Below, piece by piece: positions 34,779 through 45,781 of a stretch of 64,000 nt of DNA (positions within the stretch are counted from its first letter, which is position 1; each line of letters opens with the position of its first letter). The stretch is from NCBI GenBank assembly GCA_965215005.1, contig CBDCCZ010000006.1, forward strand, positions 64,001 through 128,000, given 5' to 3'. The stretch comes from Kofleriaceae bacterium (lineage in GTDB: Bacteria > Myxococcota_A > Polyangia > Haliangiales > Haliangiaceae). Both the position numbers and the translations under genes were made by a program. Below the pieces are notes generated by a model, which worked only from the letters and a program-made list of their open reading frames with translations, was not told where the DNA came from and searched no databases.

Positions 34779-37700
34779 CTATTTCGGCGTGGCGCTGGCG
34801 GCGCCGGCAATTACCGGCTCGGCGGAGGGCGCACGCGCCGCTGCCGGCTTGCGCTGCCAGCGGACGCCGGCGAGGGCGCGCCAGTCAGGGGTGCCGTAGC
34901 CCTCATCGGCGCCGAGGCCGCCGGCGATGAAGGCCGTCACCGAAGCGTCGATGGCGTAGCTGGCGCCGGCGAGGAGCTCGAGGTGATTGCGGTTGAACCG
35001 ACGCCACAGACGATCGGCCTCGGTGGCTCCCGCCAGGCTGGCGCTCAGCTCGATGGGCGGTCCGCCGCGGTCCTCGAAGCGGTAGCCCACGCCGAGATGC
35101 CAGAACAGCTCGTCATCGACGGTCAAGTCGATGAGCTGGCGCTGCCGACGCAGGCGGTAGCCAAGGTTGACCGCGGTGCGGACCGCGCCAAACCGGCGAC
35201 CGATGGCCAACTCCGGCGCCAGGCTGACGCCATCGCCGCGGAAGTCGCTCGCCGAGCCGAGCGGCGCGGTGACGCCGACGATGAGCGCCAGGTCGGCGCG
35301 GTGGCGCTGCTGCCGCAGGAATTGCACTTTGCTAACCAGGCGCAGATCTCCGAAGCCGCCACTCAGCTCATTCATCGGCGCGCCGGCGATGTCATCGGAG
35401 CCCTGCGATAGCACGACCGGTAGCTCGAGGCCGAGCTGCAGGCGGTCCCACAGCGCCACCGCACCGACTAAGCTGGCGGTGGTCCGCTGCCCGACCAGCG
35501 CGCCCGCGCGGACACGCTCGCCGGCGCTGCCGTCGTAAAGGACCAGTGGATCATTGGCGGTGCCGAGCCACAGACCGAGATTCCAGTGCAGATGCTCAGG
35601 AACCGCGGCCCACTCGACATCGAGCACGCCGTCCCGATCCATGGCCAGACGAAAGCGCTCCACCGAGAACGCATCGCTCTGTTGCGCCTTTGCCGGCGTG
35701 GCCAGTGCCATCACGAGCAGGGCCGCAGCGGCAATGGCCGCACTCCGCCGGCTTCTCAGGACCAGCAGCGCCAGCGCCAGCGCCACGGCCAGGCTCGAAG
35801 GCTCCGATCCGCCGGTGGAGCAACCGCCGCCGGTGACGCCGAAGCGGTCGTGGTAGCCGTCGCCGTTGGCGTCGTCGTCGCAGATGTCGCCGAGGCCATC
35901 GCCATCGAGGTCCTGCTGCGCGCCGTTGTCGGCGCTGGGGCAGTTGTCGAGCGCGTCCGGCACGCCGTCGGCATCGCTGTCCGCGGAGGACTCGTCCCCA
36001 GCATCGCAAGCGTCGCCGACTCCGTTCCGATCGCGGTCGCTCTGGTCCGGGTTGGCGACGTCGACGCAGTTGTCTACGTCATCCTCGATGCCATCGCCAT
36101 CGGCGTCTGGCGTCTCTACCGGCTCCTCGCCGTCGGGATCGCTCGGTTGATCGTCGGACGCGTCGTTGGGATCCCGCTCACCGGCGTCGACGCGGCCGTT
36201 GCGGTTGACGTCCTCGTCGCCATCGGTGACGCCGCCGCCATCGGTGTCGGCGCGGACCGCGCTGGTGGTGGTGCTCGCATGGCGATCGGACACGAAGTAG
36301 CCCGCCGCCAGATTGGTGTCAGCGCTGGGCACGGTCACGCCTCGCTCGGTGCCGTCGAACACGAGATCGTCGTCGCTGTCCGGGTCGAGCACGTTGATCG
36401 CGCCGTCGCCATCGGTGTCCTGGTTCCAGTTCGGCTCCTGGCCATCGATCACGCCGTCATCATCGCTGTCGCCATCCCGCGGGTCGGAGCCGGCGGCGAG
36501 CTCCTCGGCGTCACTGAGCCCATCGCCGTCGCTATCCTCCGGCGGCACGTCATCGTTGGGATCGTTCGGGTCGGTCTCGTGCGAGTCGACCGCGCCATCG
36601 TGGTTGGCGTCTTCGGCGCCATCGGCAACGCCGCCGCCATCGCTGTCGGCGGTGAGTGGATCGGTGGTGGACGCCGGGTCGGCATCCGCGACGAAGGTGC
36701 CTGCCAACAGGTCGGTGCCACGATCCGGCAGGGTGAGGCCGACTTCGGTGCCGTCGAACAAGCCGTCGTTGTCGCTGTCGGCATCGAGCGCGTTGCCGAG
36801 GCCATCGCCATCGCTGTCGGCGGCGGGCGCGGGCTCTTGACCGTCGATGATGCCATCGTCATCCGAGTCGCGGTCGAGTCGGTTGGTGCCGAGCTCGGCC
36901 TCGAAGGCATCGCTGGCGCCGTCGTCGTCGCTGTCGGTGTCGAGGTAGTCCGGGGTGCCGTCGCCGTCGGTATCGACTGGCGGTGTGCTGAGGTCGTCGT
37001 CGCCCGCCTCGATGCGATCGCTTATGCCATCGCCATCGGCGTCGGTGTCGAGGTAGTCGGGGATGCCGTCGCCGTCGTGGTCGCCGGTGCCCTCGTCGAG
37101 GTCGGCGATGCCGTCGCCGTCGGTATCGATGCGCCCGTCGTCAGCGGCGCGATTGGGATCGGTCTCGGCGCCGTCGACTCGGCCGTTGCGATTGGTGTCT
37201 TCGTCACCATCGGGCACGCCGCCGTTATCGCTGTCACGGTCGACCGGGCTGGTGGTGGTCGTCGGATCGCTGTCGGCGCGGAAGTTGCCAGCGCCGAGGT
37301 CGGTGCCCGGCGCCGGCGCGGTGAGGCCGAGCTCGGTGCCATCGCGCAGGCCGTCGCCGTCGGCGTCCGCGTCGAGCGCGTTGATCGCGCCGTCGCCGTC
37401 GGTGTCGTGGTTCCAGTTCGGCTCGTCGCCGTCGATGACGCCATCGTCGTCGCTATCGGCGTCGGTCGGCGAGGTGCCAAACCGGGTCTCCTCGGCGTCG
37501 GACAGGCCATCGCCATCGGTATCGACGGGCGGGGCGTCATCGGCGGCCACCGTGGGATCGGTTTCGCCGGGGTCGCGGGCGCCGTTCTTGTTGGTGTCCT
37601 CGGTGCCGTCGGCCACGCCGCCGCCATCGCTGTCGCGCAGCAGTGGGTTGGTGGTGCGACGCGGATCGGCGTCGGCGACGAACGCGCCAGCGCCGACGTC

Positions 37701-40700
37701 GGTGTCTGCGTCCGGCTCGGTGAGGCCGAGCTCGGTGCCGTCGAGCAGCCCGTCGTCGTCGGCATCCGGGTCGCGGGCGTTGATGAGGCCATCACCGTCG
37801 GTGTCGCTGCTCCAGTTGGGCTCGCGGCCGTCGAGAACACCGTCGTCGTCGCTGTCGGCATCGTGGGGATCGGTGCCGGCAGCGTGCTCTTCCGCATCCG
37901 AGAGGCCGTCGCCGTCGCTGTCGGTGGGCGTCGTGTCATCGCTTGAATTGTTCGGATCGGTGTCGCCGGCGCTGATGGCGCCGTCGTGATTGGGATCTTC
38001 GGCGCCATCGTCGACACCGCCGCCATCGCTGTCGGCGCGGGTCGGATCCGTCGTGGTCGACGGGTCGGCGTCGGCCACGAACGCGCCGACGCTGAGGTCG
38101 GTATCGGGATGCGGGCTGGTGAGGCCGACCTCGGTGCCGTCGAAGATGCCGTCGCCGTCGCTGTCGACATCGAGGGCGTTGATGAGGCCGTCGCCGTCGG
38201 TATCAGTCGTGGCGCCGGGCTCGGCACCGTCGGCGAGGCCATCGTCGTCGCTGTCGCCGTCGCGCGGATCGGTGCCGACGCGTGCCTCGTCGACATCGCT
38301 CATGCCGTCACCGTCGTCGTCTCGATCCCCGGCGTCGCATAGGCCGTCGCTGTCGAGGTCGGGTCCGTCGTTTCGCGGCTCGCTGCGACCCGAGAGGCAA
38401 TCCTCGCAGCCGTCGCGATCTGCGTCGCCGCAGACGAATCGATTGCGCGGATCGGAATCCAGGTCGTCGGCGACACCGTCGCCATCGGCGTCGACCTCGC
38501 CGGCATCGCAGATGCCATCGCCGTCGGTGTCGAGGCCATCATTGGCCGGCTGCGGGCTCCCGGTCATGGCGCAGTCGTCGCACGTGTCGGCGTCGGCGTC
38601 GCGGCAGACCAGCGGATTCGCAGGATCGCGGTCGAGAGCATCGGGGACCGTGTCGCCATCGTCGTCCGGGTCGCCGGCGTTGCACAGACCATCGAGGTCC
38701 GGGTCGTAGCCGTCGTTGTGCGGCGCGGGAGCGCCTTCGATTGCGCAGTCATCGCACAGGTCGGCGTCGCTGTCGCGGCAGCGGAGACGATCGAGCGGGT
38801 CGGAATCGAGCGCGTCGATGACGGTGTCGCCGTCGTCGTCATCATCGCCCGCATCACAGGTGCCATCGCTGTCGGTGTCGAGTCCGTCCATCGCCGGAGC
38901 GCTGGCGCCAGTGACGCTGCAATCGTCGCAGGAGTCGGCGTCGCTATCGCGGCACGCGAAGCGATTCAGCGGGTCGGAATCGCTGGCGTCGACGACATCG
39001 TCGTTGTCGTCATCGGCGTCGCCGAGGTCGCAGAGCCCGTCGCTATCGAAGTCGTCGCCATCGCTGGCCGGCGCGAAGACGCCGCCGACGGCGCAGTCGT
39101 CGCAGGTATCGCCGTCGCTGTCTCCGCAGCGCGAGGCCTGGGTGCGGTCGGTATCGACGTCGTCGGTGACGCCATCGCCGTCGGAATCGAGATCGAGGTA
39201 GTCGGGAGCGCTGTCGCTATCGGTGTCGACTTCTCCCTCGCTGCTGTCGGCGATGCCGTCGCCATCGGAGTCGACGTCGTACCAGCTGTCATCGCCATCG
39301 CCATCCGGGTCGCTGTTGCCGAGCGCCAAGCCGTCGGCGAGCTCGGTCGCGGTGTCGATGCCGTCACCATCGTCGTCCTGATCGCGCCAGTTGCCGATCA
39401 TGTCGAAGTCTGGATCGACGACACCCTCGACCTGGTCGAAGAGACCGTCATCGTCGCTGTCATCATCGAGGGCGTCGATGGTGCCGTCACCATCGGTATC
39501 GGTGCGGAAACCGCCGTCGGTCTCGACGAAATCGTCGATGCCATCGGCGTCGGTATCCGGATCGAACGGGTCGGTGCCGATGGAGCAGGACTCGTCGAAG
39601 GTCGCCAGGCCGTCGAAGTCATCGTCGACCGCCAGCGACAGGGCGTCGACCGACGCGCTGGTGCTGACCGTGGTCTTGACGGCGGCGTAGGTGTCGAGGA
39701 AGGACTCGTTGCCCTTGCCGTCGCCGTCGAAGTTGCCCCAAGCGCGGGCGTTGACGTTGGCGTCGGCCGGATCGGCCGGATTGCCGGCGCTAAGGCCATT
39801 GACGCCGGAGGCGGTGAGGCTCATCTCGCCGTTTGGCATGGGCTCGGCGTCGGCGGCGATCAAGCTGTCGTCCCAGTACATTTTCAGGCCGGTTCGCACG
39901 CCGTTGGCGGCCACCGAGAAGATGCGCATGCCCTCGAAGCTGGTCTCGATGTCGTTGCCGACGAAGTGGAACTCACCGACGTTGACGTAGACGACGCAGT
40001 CATACGACCCGTCCGGAACCGGCGCGCCGCTGTTGTCGGTACCGTTCCACGGCACCGCGTTGGCACCGGCGCTAACCGTGCCAACGATGAGCAGATCGTC
40101 CGGATCGGTGCGGTCGTAGACCGTGTCGCGATCGAGGTCGCAGACCAGGTTGTAGGTGCCGGCGACGTTGGAATCGAACTCGAACTGGCCGGTGCTCACG
40201 CCCGGCACCACGGCGTTGCAGCCGGTGGGTCCACCACGGAAGGCAAAGCCCGTTACCACCGGCGTGAGGGTGCCGTAGCGCGCGATCGCCGGCGGGTTGA
40301 GATACATCGGGTAGTACGGCGTGACCGCGTTACCGGCCACTGGGACGCTCTTGCCGGCCTGAGCGCCATCGACGCCGGTGGCGTTGCTGTTGATGGAGTA
40401 GCCATGGCCGGCCATGCCGTTTAGATCGAGCTCGACCACCGCATCGGTGGTCGGGCTGCCGCCGGGAACCAGCGCAAAGAAGCTGCCGTCGGAGGCGGCC
40501 TCGGCGCCGAAGCTGCCGGCGCTAAACTTCCAGTCGAGCGAGTAGAGGCGGCCCGGCTGAGCCGCGCCGGCGCCGGCGCAGCTCGAGCCGAGGACCGCGA
40601 TGTCCCAGCCGGTGAAGGTCTGCGTCGTGGAAAAGCGCAGCTCGTACGCGCCGGGCAGTCCGGCGGTCGGCGCGACCCGATCGCCCGAGGCAAGAGTGGC

Positions 40701-40973
40701 GATCAAGGTCCCGTCCGGAGCGGTGACCGCCATGGTGCCGGTGCCGGTCCAGGCGATGCACTCGTTGTCGGCGTCGAGGATGTCGACGTAGGCCACGGTG
40801 TTCACCTGCAGGCGCTGCCGAGCGCCCAGCTCCGCGGAGCCTTCCGCATGAGCGCTCGGTTGCCAGCTCATGACGGTGACGAGAGCCGAGGCGACGGCGG
40901 CGCTCAAGGTGCAAGTATGCAGATGCCTGCGAGGTCGATGCGGTCGCGTGGGCTTGTGCGCTGCGATGTTCAT
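34779..40973 (-). CDS. Very large surface protein: N-terminal domain, thrombospondin type-3-like Ca-binding repeats, internal MYXO-CTERM-like tag, second signal peptide, C-terminal beta-barrel
   Basis: Signal peptide ending AHA|EG; dozens of DxDxDG motifs; DNCP TSP3 units; [23 protein letters not shown]; TPAKA|QQ; barrel ending [13 protein letters not shown]. Confidence 0.85.
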   Translation of the reverse strand: MNIAAHKPTRPHRPRRHLHTCTLSAAVASALVTVMSWQPSAHAEGSAELGARQRLQVNTVAYVDILDADNECIAWTGTGTMAVTAPDGTLIATLASGDRVAPTAGLPGAYELRFSTTQTFTGWDIAVLGSSCAGAGAAQPGRLYSLDWKFSAGSFGAEAASDGSFFALVPGGSPTTDAVVELDLNGMAGHGYSINSNATGVDGAQAGKSVPVAGNAVTPYYPMYLNPPAIARYGTLTPVVTGFAFRGGPTGCNAVVPGVSTGQFEFDSNVAGTYNLVCDLDRDTVYDRTDPDDLLIVGTVSAGANAVPWNGTDNSGAPVPDGSYDCVVYVNVGEFHFVGNDIETSFEGMRIFSVAANGVRTGLKMYWDDSLIAADAEPMPNGEMSLTASGVNGLSAGNPADPADANVNARAWGNFDGDGKGNESFLDTYAAVKTTVSTSASVDALSLAVDDDFDGLATFDESCSIGTDPFDPDTDADGIDDFVETDGGFRTDTDGDGTIDALDDDSDDDGLFDQVEGVVDPDFDMIGNWRDQDDDGDGIDTATELADGLALGNSDPDGDGDDSWYDVDSDGDGIADSSEGEVDTDSDSAPDYLDLDSDGDGVTDDVDTDRTQASRCGDSDGDTCDDCAVGGVFAPASDGDDFDSDGLCDLGDADDDNDDVVDASDSDPLNRFACRDSDADSCDDCSVTGASAPAMDGLDTDSDGTCDAGDDDDDGDTVIDALDSDPLDRLRCRDSDADLCDDCAIEGAPAPHNDGYDPDLDGLCNAGDPDDDGDTVPDALDRDPANPLVCRDADADTCDDCAMTGSPQPANDGLDTDGDGICDAGEVDADGDGVADDLDSDPRNRFVCGDADRDGCEDCLSGRSEPRNDGPDLDSDGLCDAGDRDDDGDGMSDVDEARVGTDPRDGDSDDDGLADGAEPGATTDTDGDGLINALDVDSDGDGIFDGTEVGLTSPHPDTDLSVGAFVADADPSTTTDPTRADSDGGGVDDGAEDPNHDGAISAGDTDPNNSSDDTTPTDSDGDGLSDAEEHAAGTDPHDADSDDDGVLDGREPNWSSDTDGDGLINARDPDADDDGLLDGTELGLTEPDADTDVGAGAFVADADPRRTTNPLLRDSDGGGVADGTEDTNKNGARDPGETDPTVAADDAPPVDTDGDGLSDAEETRFGTSPTDADSDDDGVIDGDEPNWNHDTDGDGAINALDADADGDGLRDGTELGLTAPAPGTDLGAGNFRADSDPTTTTSPVDRDSDNGGVPDGDEDTNRNGRVDGAETDPNRAADDGRIDTDGDGIADLDEGTGDHDGDGIPDYLDTDADGDGISDRIEAGDDDLSTPPVDTDGDGTPDYLDTDSDDDGASDAFEAELGTNRLDRDSDDDGIIDGQEPAPAADSDGDGLGNALDADSDNDGLFDGTEVGLTLPDRGTDLLAGTFVADADPASTTDPLTADSDGGGVADGAEDANHDGAVDSHETDPNDPNDDVPPEDSDGDGLSDAEELAAGSDPRDGDSDDDGVIDGQEPNWNQDTDGDGAINVLDPDSDDDLVFDGTERGVTVPSADTNLAAGYFVSDRHASTTTSAVRADTDGGGVTDGDEDVNRNGRVDAGERDPNDASDDQPSDPDGEEPVETPDADGDGIEDDVDNCVDVANPDQSDRDRNGVGDACDAGDESSADSDADGVPDALDNCPSADNGAQQDLDGDGLGDICDDDANGDGYHDRFGVTGGGCSTGGSEPSSLAVALALALLVLRSRRSAAIAAAALLVMALATPAKAQQSDAFSVERFRLAMDRDGVLDVEWAAVPEHLHWNLGLWLGTANDPLVLYDGSAGERVRAGALVGQRTTASLVGAVALWDRLQLGLELPVVLSQGSDDIAGAPMNELSGGFGDLRLVSKVQFLRQQRHRADLALIVGVTAPLGSASDFRGDGVSLAPELAIGRRFGAVRTAVNLGYRLRRQRQLIDLTVDDELFWHLGVGYRFEDRGGPPIELSASLAGATEADRLWRRFNRNHLELLAGASYAIDASVTAFIAGGLGADEGYGTPDWRALAGVRWQRKPAAARAPSAEPVIAGAASATPK

Positions 40974-41246
40974 GGGGGTCCTCGGCTCGATACCAGCTCG
41001 ATTAGCGTTTGCTCGACCAGCGCTCGTCGGCCCCGCGGTCGTCGTGCGGGGGATATAGGCACGCGTGGTCAGGGTGGGCGGATCCAACCGCCGGAATCGG
41101 CCGCAGGGGCGGCCAGCTGTACAGGCGGCCGCGCTTTTTTCATCGAGGGTGGGGAGCGTGGGGTACCGCAACCCTTGCGCTATCGCTGCGGCATTGGTTG
41201 ACTACCTGGTCCGCCTCTCTCCCACGGTTCCATGGAGGTCGCTGCG

Positions 41247-41522
41247 ATGAGTCGAATGGTTCAATGTGCAAAGCTTCAACGCGAGGCGCCCGGCCTCTCC
41301 TATCTGCCGTTCGACGATGAGCTCGGGCAGCGCATCTATGAGGAGGTTTCCGAGGAAGCCTGGCGCATGTGGCTCGAGCACTCAAAGATGATCGTCAACG
41401 AGTATCGGCTCGACCTAACCAGCGAAAAGGCCCACGAGCTGCTACGTGAGCAGTGCGAGTCGTTCTTCTTTGGTGAAGGCGCGGCGCTGCCGCCCGACTT
41501 CACCGCGCCGCCAGCAAAATGA
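41247..41522 (+). CDS. yggX: Oxidative damage protection / Fe(II) trafficking protein YggX
   Basis: MSRMVQCAKL…ELGQRIYEEVSEEAW…MIVNEYRL. Confidence 0.92.
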   Translation: MSRMVQCAKLQREAPGLSYLPFDDELGQRIYEEVSEEAWRMWLEHSKMIVNEYRLDLTSEKAHELLREQCESFFFGEGAALPPDFTAPPAK

Positions 41523-42964
41523 CGGAAGGTCTGGACACGACGGGGCCTCTAGCAGAGCCGGGCGCGATCGTGCTGGTGTCCTGCTATGAGCTCGGTCACC
41601 TGCCGCACGGCGTGGCCATGGCGGCAGGCTTTCTGCGGCGCGCAGGCTTTGCGCCGGTAACCGTCGACCTGTCCATCGAGAAGCTCGATGACGAAGCCGT
41701 TCGCGGCGCCTCGCTGGTAGCCATTTCGGTGCCCATGCACACGGCGCTGCGCCTCGCAGCGCCACTCATCGAACGCGTGCGTGCGCTCGCACCGGCGGCA
41801 GTCGTATGTTGCTACGGGGTTTACGCGCCGCTCAATGAAGCGTGGCTGCGACAGCTGGGCGTCGACTACGTCATTGGGGGAGAAGCCGAAGACGAGCTGG
41901 TCGCGCTCGCCACGGCTCTAGCCCAAGGTCGGCAGCCAACACCGCAGCTGGTCTCACTCGACAAGGTGCGATTTGCCGCGCCGCATCGCGAGCCGCCCGC
42001 ACTGCTGCAACGCCGCTTGCACAAGCACGCCCAGCTCGACCTCGGCAATGGCCAGCGGCGGCTCGTGGGCTACACCGAGACCACGCGCGGCTGCCTCGAT
42101 ACCTGCCGCCATTGCCCGATCCCGGCCGTGTATGGCGGGCGATTTTTCGCGGTTCCGCGCCAGGTGGTGTTGGCCGACATCGAGACCCAGCTCGCCGCTG
42201 GTGCCGAGCACATTACCTTTGGAGATCCAGATTTCTTGAATGGGCCCGGGCACGGGCTGGCCATCGCCGCCGAGCTTCATCGCCGCTGGCCACACGTCAC
42301 GTTCGACTTCACGGCGCAGGTGACGCACCTACTGCAGCAGCGTTCGCGGCTCCAAGAGCTGCCGGCGATGGGCTGCGCGTTCGTCGTGAGCGCGGTGGAA
42401 TCCCTAAGCGATACAGTGCTGGCTGCGCTGAAGAAGCGCCACCGTCGCGCGGCCGTCGAGGAATTGTTCGCTCTGGCTGACCAAGCGCATCTGGTGGTGC
42501 GGCCCACCTTCGTGACGTTTACGCCATGGACCAGCTTGGATGACGTGCGCGAGCTGGCTGAGTTTCTGGCTTGCTGGGGACTGGTCGATCACGTCGACCC
42601 CGTGCAGCTCTCGATTCGCTTGCTGGTGCCGCCGGGGTCGCTGCTGCTCAAAGCCGACGACACCCGCGGCGCCTTTGGGCCGCTCGACTCCGCCGCTCTC
42701 ACGCATCGATGGGTTCACGAGGATCCGCGCGTGGATGCGCTACAGCGCGCCATCGCGGCGCGGGTGGCGCTCGCTGCGCAGCGAGGCGATGACGCCCTCG
42801 ATGATAGTCACGCCGTGTTTTCCGCGATTCATGGGCTGATCTACGAGGCCCTTGGACAATCGCCACCAGAGCTGGTGATCCCGCGGCGCCGGGTGCCGCG
42901 GGTCACCGAGCCGTGGTTCTGTTGAAGCGAGCCCACCGAGAGCCAGTTCGGCTCTCTCGTTTGA
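41519..42964 (+). CDS. B12-binding-domain radical SAM protein of the CUAEP/CCAEP-tail family; predicted selenoprotein (TGA 42923-42925 = Sec)
   Basis: SCYELGH…ISVPMHTA B12-like domain; CLDTCRHC (CxxxCxxC); VTEPWFC-TGA-SEPTESQFGSLV-TGA. Confidence 0.85.
42926..42961 (+). promoter_or_regulatory. Candidate bacterial SECIS element
   Basis: Directly 3' of the in-frame TGA: upper stem GAGAGCC/GGCTCTC with loop AGTTC; possible lower stem AGCGAG/CTCGTT. Confidence 0.6.
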
Positions 42965-42965
42965 T

Positions 42966-44210
42966 CTACAAGAGTGGCGCAATGAAGAACTCGAGGGCGG
43001 CCGCGGCGCGGCGCAGCGCGTGGGTCACCGCGGCGCTGTCCGCGCCGTCGGCGAACACAAAGCCCATGTACGTGTTTCCTTCCGGCAGCGGCACGACGTG
43101 CTCCCCCAAACGCGCCGTGAGCACGACGTCGCGGATGAGCGGCATCACGGCCGCCGCGTCGATGCCGTCGATGCCGCGCAACACCCCGGCTTTCGGCACC
43201 GGCAGCATGTAAACGCCGCTGGCCCCGGAGCGCCGGCCCGCGAGAAGCTCGCCCACGTCGCGCCCAATGGCGTGGGCCAACAGGACCTCCGGCAGCGAAA
43301 CGCCCGCGAGCTCGAGAGTGCGGCCGCACAAGCCACCGATCGGCCGCGCCGCTAGCTCCAGGACCACCGGCTGCCCGCGATGCAGGCGCAGCTCGGCGTG
43401 AATGGGACCATTGACGACTCCAATGGCGCGGGCCGCCGCGGCCACCGCAGCAATGATCGCGGCTTGCTCGGGCGCGGAGCGCTGCGACGGCGTGACGTAG
43501 ATGGTTTCTGCGAACACCGGCCCCTCCAGCGGATCTGGTTTATCGAAGACGGCAATCGGCACCAGCCGCTCATGGTCTACCAGCGCCTCCACCGCGACCT
43601 CGTCGCCGTGCAAATATTCTTCGATCAAGATCAGCGCCGCGGCAGCTGGATTTTTGGCCTCGAGCTCTGGGTTTTCGAGCAGCTGACAGAGCCGCTGCAT
43701 GCGCGCCGCGAGCTCGCTGGAGTCATCAGCGCGCATCACGCCACGGCTGGCCGACAAATGCAGCGGCTTGATGACCACCGGAAAGCGCAGTGCCTCGGGC
43801 AAGCGACGGCTCTGACGCGGCACCACCGCAAACCGCGGCTGCGCGCATCCCGCTGCCGTGAGCGCCTGCCGCAGGCGCTGCTTATCGGCAGCCGCGCAGG
43901 TTGCCGCGACGGTGCCGTACCCGAGCCCCAACACCTCGGCGGCGCCAGCGGCGATGACTGCCGCATCCTCATCGAGGGCCAGAATTCCGGCCAGCGGTTT
44001 GGCGCTCGCGTGCTCGACGATCTGCTTCACGGCGCGCGTGGGATCGCGATAATCGAGCGGCCACGCGCCCTCGGGCCACAGCTCGGCCAGCTGATGACAG
44101 CGATCGGTGCCCACTGCCAATTCAATCTGCAACTGCGCCGCCGCACGTTCGAAGTCGCCAAGCGCATAGGCGCGCTTGGACGCGAGCAACAAAGCGACAG
44201 GCGCTGGCAT
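42966..44210 (-). CDS. ATP-grasp domain ligase
   Basis: DKQRLRQAL, FPVVIKPLHLSASRGV, ILIEEYLHGDEVAVE, HAELRL…VLELAARPIGG. Confidence 0.9.
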   Translation of the reverse strand: MPAPVALLLASKRAYALGDFERAAAQLQIELAVGTDRCHQLAELWPEGAWPLDYRDPTRAVKQIVEHASAKPLAGILALDEDAAVIAAGAAEVLGLGYGTVAATCAAADKQRLRQALTAAGCAQPRFAVVPRQSRRLPEALRFPVVIKPLHLSASRGVMRADDSSELAARMQRLCQLLENPELEAKNPAAAALILIEEYLHGDEVAVEALVDHERLVPIAVFDKPDPLEGPVFAETIYVTPSQRSAPEQAAIIAAVAAAARAIGVVNGPIHAELRLHRGQPVVLELAARPIGGLCGRTLELAGVSLPEVLLAHAIGRDVGELLAGRRSGASGVYMLPVPKAGVLRGIDGIDAAAVMPLIRDVVLTARLGEHVVPLPEGNTYMGFVFADGADSAAVTHALRRAAAALEFFIAPLL

Positions 44211-44236
44211 TGCCGCTGGTTTACCATCGCCGTTGC

Positions 44237-45319
44237 ATGCTGTCGCCCGGTGCCGAGTCGGTGGCGCTATTCCGGCAATTCCCAACGCTGTGCTCGCGTC
44301 TGCCGTGGGTGCATCTGGGCGCGTGGCCCACGCCGGTCGAGCCGCTGCGTCTGGCCAGCGGCTGCCAGCTGTGGGTCAAACGCGACGATGCCTGCAGCAG
44401 CCTCTACGGCGGCAACAAAGTGCGCACGCTGGAGGCAATGCTCGGCGTTGCCCGCGCATGCGGCGCGCAACGCATCTGGGCCACCGGCGCCTACGGCTCG
44501 AACCACGCGGTTGCAACCCTGGCGCACGCGCCCCGCGCCGGTCTGCAGGCCGGGGCCATCCTATTTCCGCAGCCAAGCTCGCCGCCGGCGCGTGCCAACC
44601 TCTCGGCCGCGCTCAGCCTTCGCCCTCACCTGCTCGCGCTCGCCAGCATTCTCGAGCTGCCCCTGGCCATGCATCGCGTTCGCCGAAATAGCCACGACTA
44701 CGTCATGCCTCCCGGTGGCGCCACGACCGAAGGCACCTTCGGCGCTCTCTCCGCGGCCTTCGAGCTCGCTACGCAGGTCGCCGCGCGCGAGTGCCCCCTG
44801 CCTCGTCGAGTCGTTATCGCGGTCGGCTCGACCTGCACCACGGCCGGTCTCCTTGCTGGACTTCACGCCGCTGCTCGCATGGGAGTGTGGCCGGGCGCGG
44901 TGCCCATCGTGCACAGCGTGCGGGTGACGCCGTGGCCAATCACCAGCCGCGCGCGCATCGCCTGGCTCGCGCAGCGCACGCTTCATCGACTCGAGCGGCT
45001 CGTCGGCGTCACGCTCGGTGTGAGCTACCGCGCCTTGCTGGCCAACCTCGTCGTCGATCGCCGCTTCATCGGCCGCGGCTACGGCCGTGCCACCCAAAGC
45101 GGTCGCCGCGCCCTCGCCCGGTTCGCCGACAGCGGCGCGCCCCCATTGGACTTGGTGTATTCGGCAAAATCCGCGGCCGCGCTACTCGCTTTGGCCAATC
45201 GCTCCCGCGGCCCACTCCTATATTGGGCAACCAAGTCGTCGGCCCCTCTGCCCATTGCAAGCGCCGCTGATGTCGCCGTCGCACCGGCGCGCGCCCGCCA
45301 TTGGCTCGAGCAGCCGTAG
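44237..45319 (+). CDS. PLP-dependent enzyme, D-cysteine desulfhydrase / ACC deaminase family
   Basis: PTP…LWVKRDD…YGGNKVRTLE, GSNHAVA, VGSTCTTAGL, LDLVYSAK. Confidence 0.88.
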   Translation: MLSPGAESVALFRQFPTLCSRLPWVHLGAWPTPVEPLRLASGCQLWVKRDDACSSLYGGNKVRTLEAMLGVARACGAQRIWATGAYGSNHAVATLAHAPRAGLQAGAILFPQPSSPPARANLSAALSLRPHLLALASILELPLAMHRVRRNSHDYVMPPGGATTEGTFGALSAAFELATQVAARECPLPRRVVIAVGSTCTTAGLLAGLHAAARMGVWPGAVPIVHSVRVTPWPITSRARIAWLAQRTLHRLERLVGVTLGVSYRALLANLVVDRRFIGRGYGRATQSGRRALARFADSGAPPLDLVYSAKSAAALLALANRSRGPLLYWATKSSAPLPIASAADVAVAPARARHWLEQP

Positions 45320-45431
45320 AGCGAGGGGCTGCGTGCGGCGGGCGCACTGGAGAAGCCACCGTTCGCGTCGCAGTGGAGCTCAACACCTGTCGGCTCGATC
45401 GCGCGCGCCGTCTTCGCAGGGCCTTGGCGGG

Positions 45432-45781
45432 CTCGAGCTGATCATGACGGCGCCTATGGTTGTCGCGAGCTGGATCACCCTGCAGTATTTAGGGCTCCAC
45501 CGTCGACCCCGGCATCTTCGGGTCGGGCAACAAAACCCTTCACAATGTCGTCGGAGGTAGTCTAGGTGTATCTCAACGTGATGATCGAAGCACCGGTCGA
45601 ACCCATGAGTACGATAATAGAGAAACACGATACCGTCCGACAGCTCGTCGACAATGGTTGGATTCACCTGTTCGCGATGGACGCGAACGGGCGCGTTAGC
45701 CACAAGCACGCCGGTGACTCGTCGTGGTCGGCCATCGAGCATCCCCTTCAGGAGAACCAGGCGTGCGCCCAGGTCTCGTAA
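45432..45781 (+). pseudogene. dabA: Frameshifted, internally deleted 3' remnant of DabA (DUF2309) inorganic carbon transporter subunit
   Basis: Three frames: LELIMTAPMVVASWITLQY / STVDPGIFGSGNKTLHNVVGG / LNVMIEAP…IIEKHDTVRQLVDNGWIHLF. Confidence 0.85.

Noticed and set aside
35586..40424. Long plus-strand ORFs (786 aa, 568 aa) opposite the giant repeat protein
   Set aside because: Antisense shadows of a GC-rich GAC/GGC-biased gene; Val/Ala/Gly-rich with no motifs.
41247..45319. RiPP precursor peptide for the radical SAM / ATP-grasp pair
   Set aside because: No intergenic space or credible short precursor ORF; the only small gene is a clear YggX.
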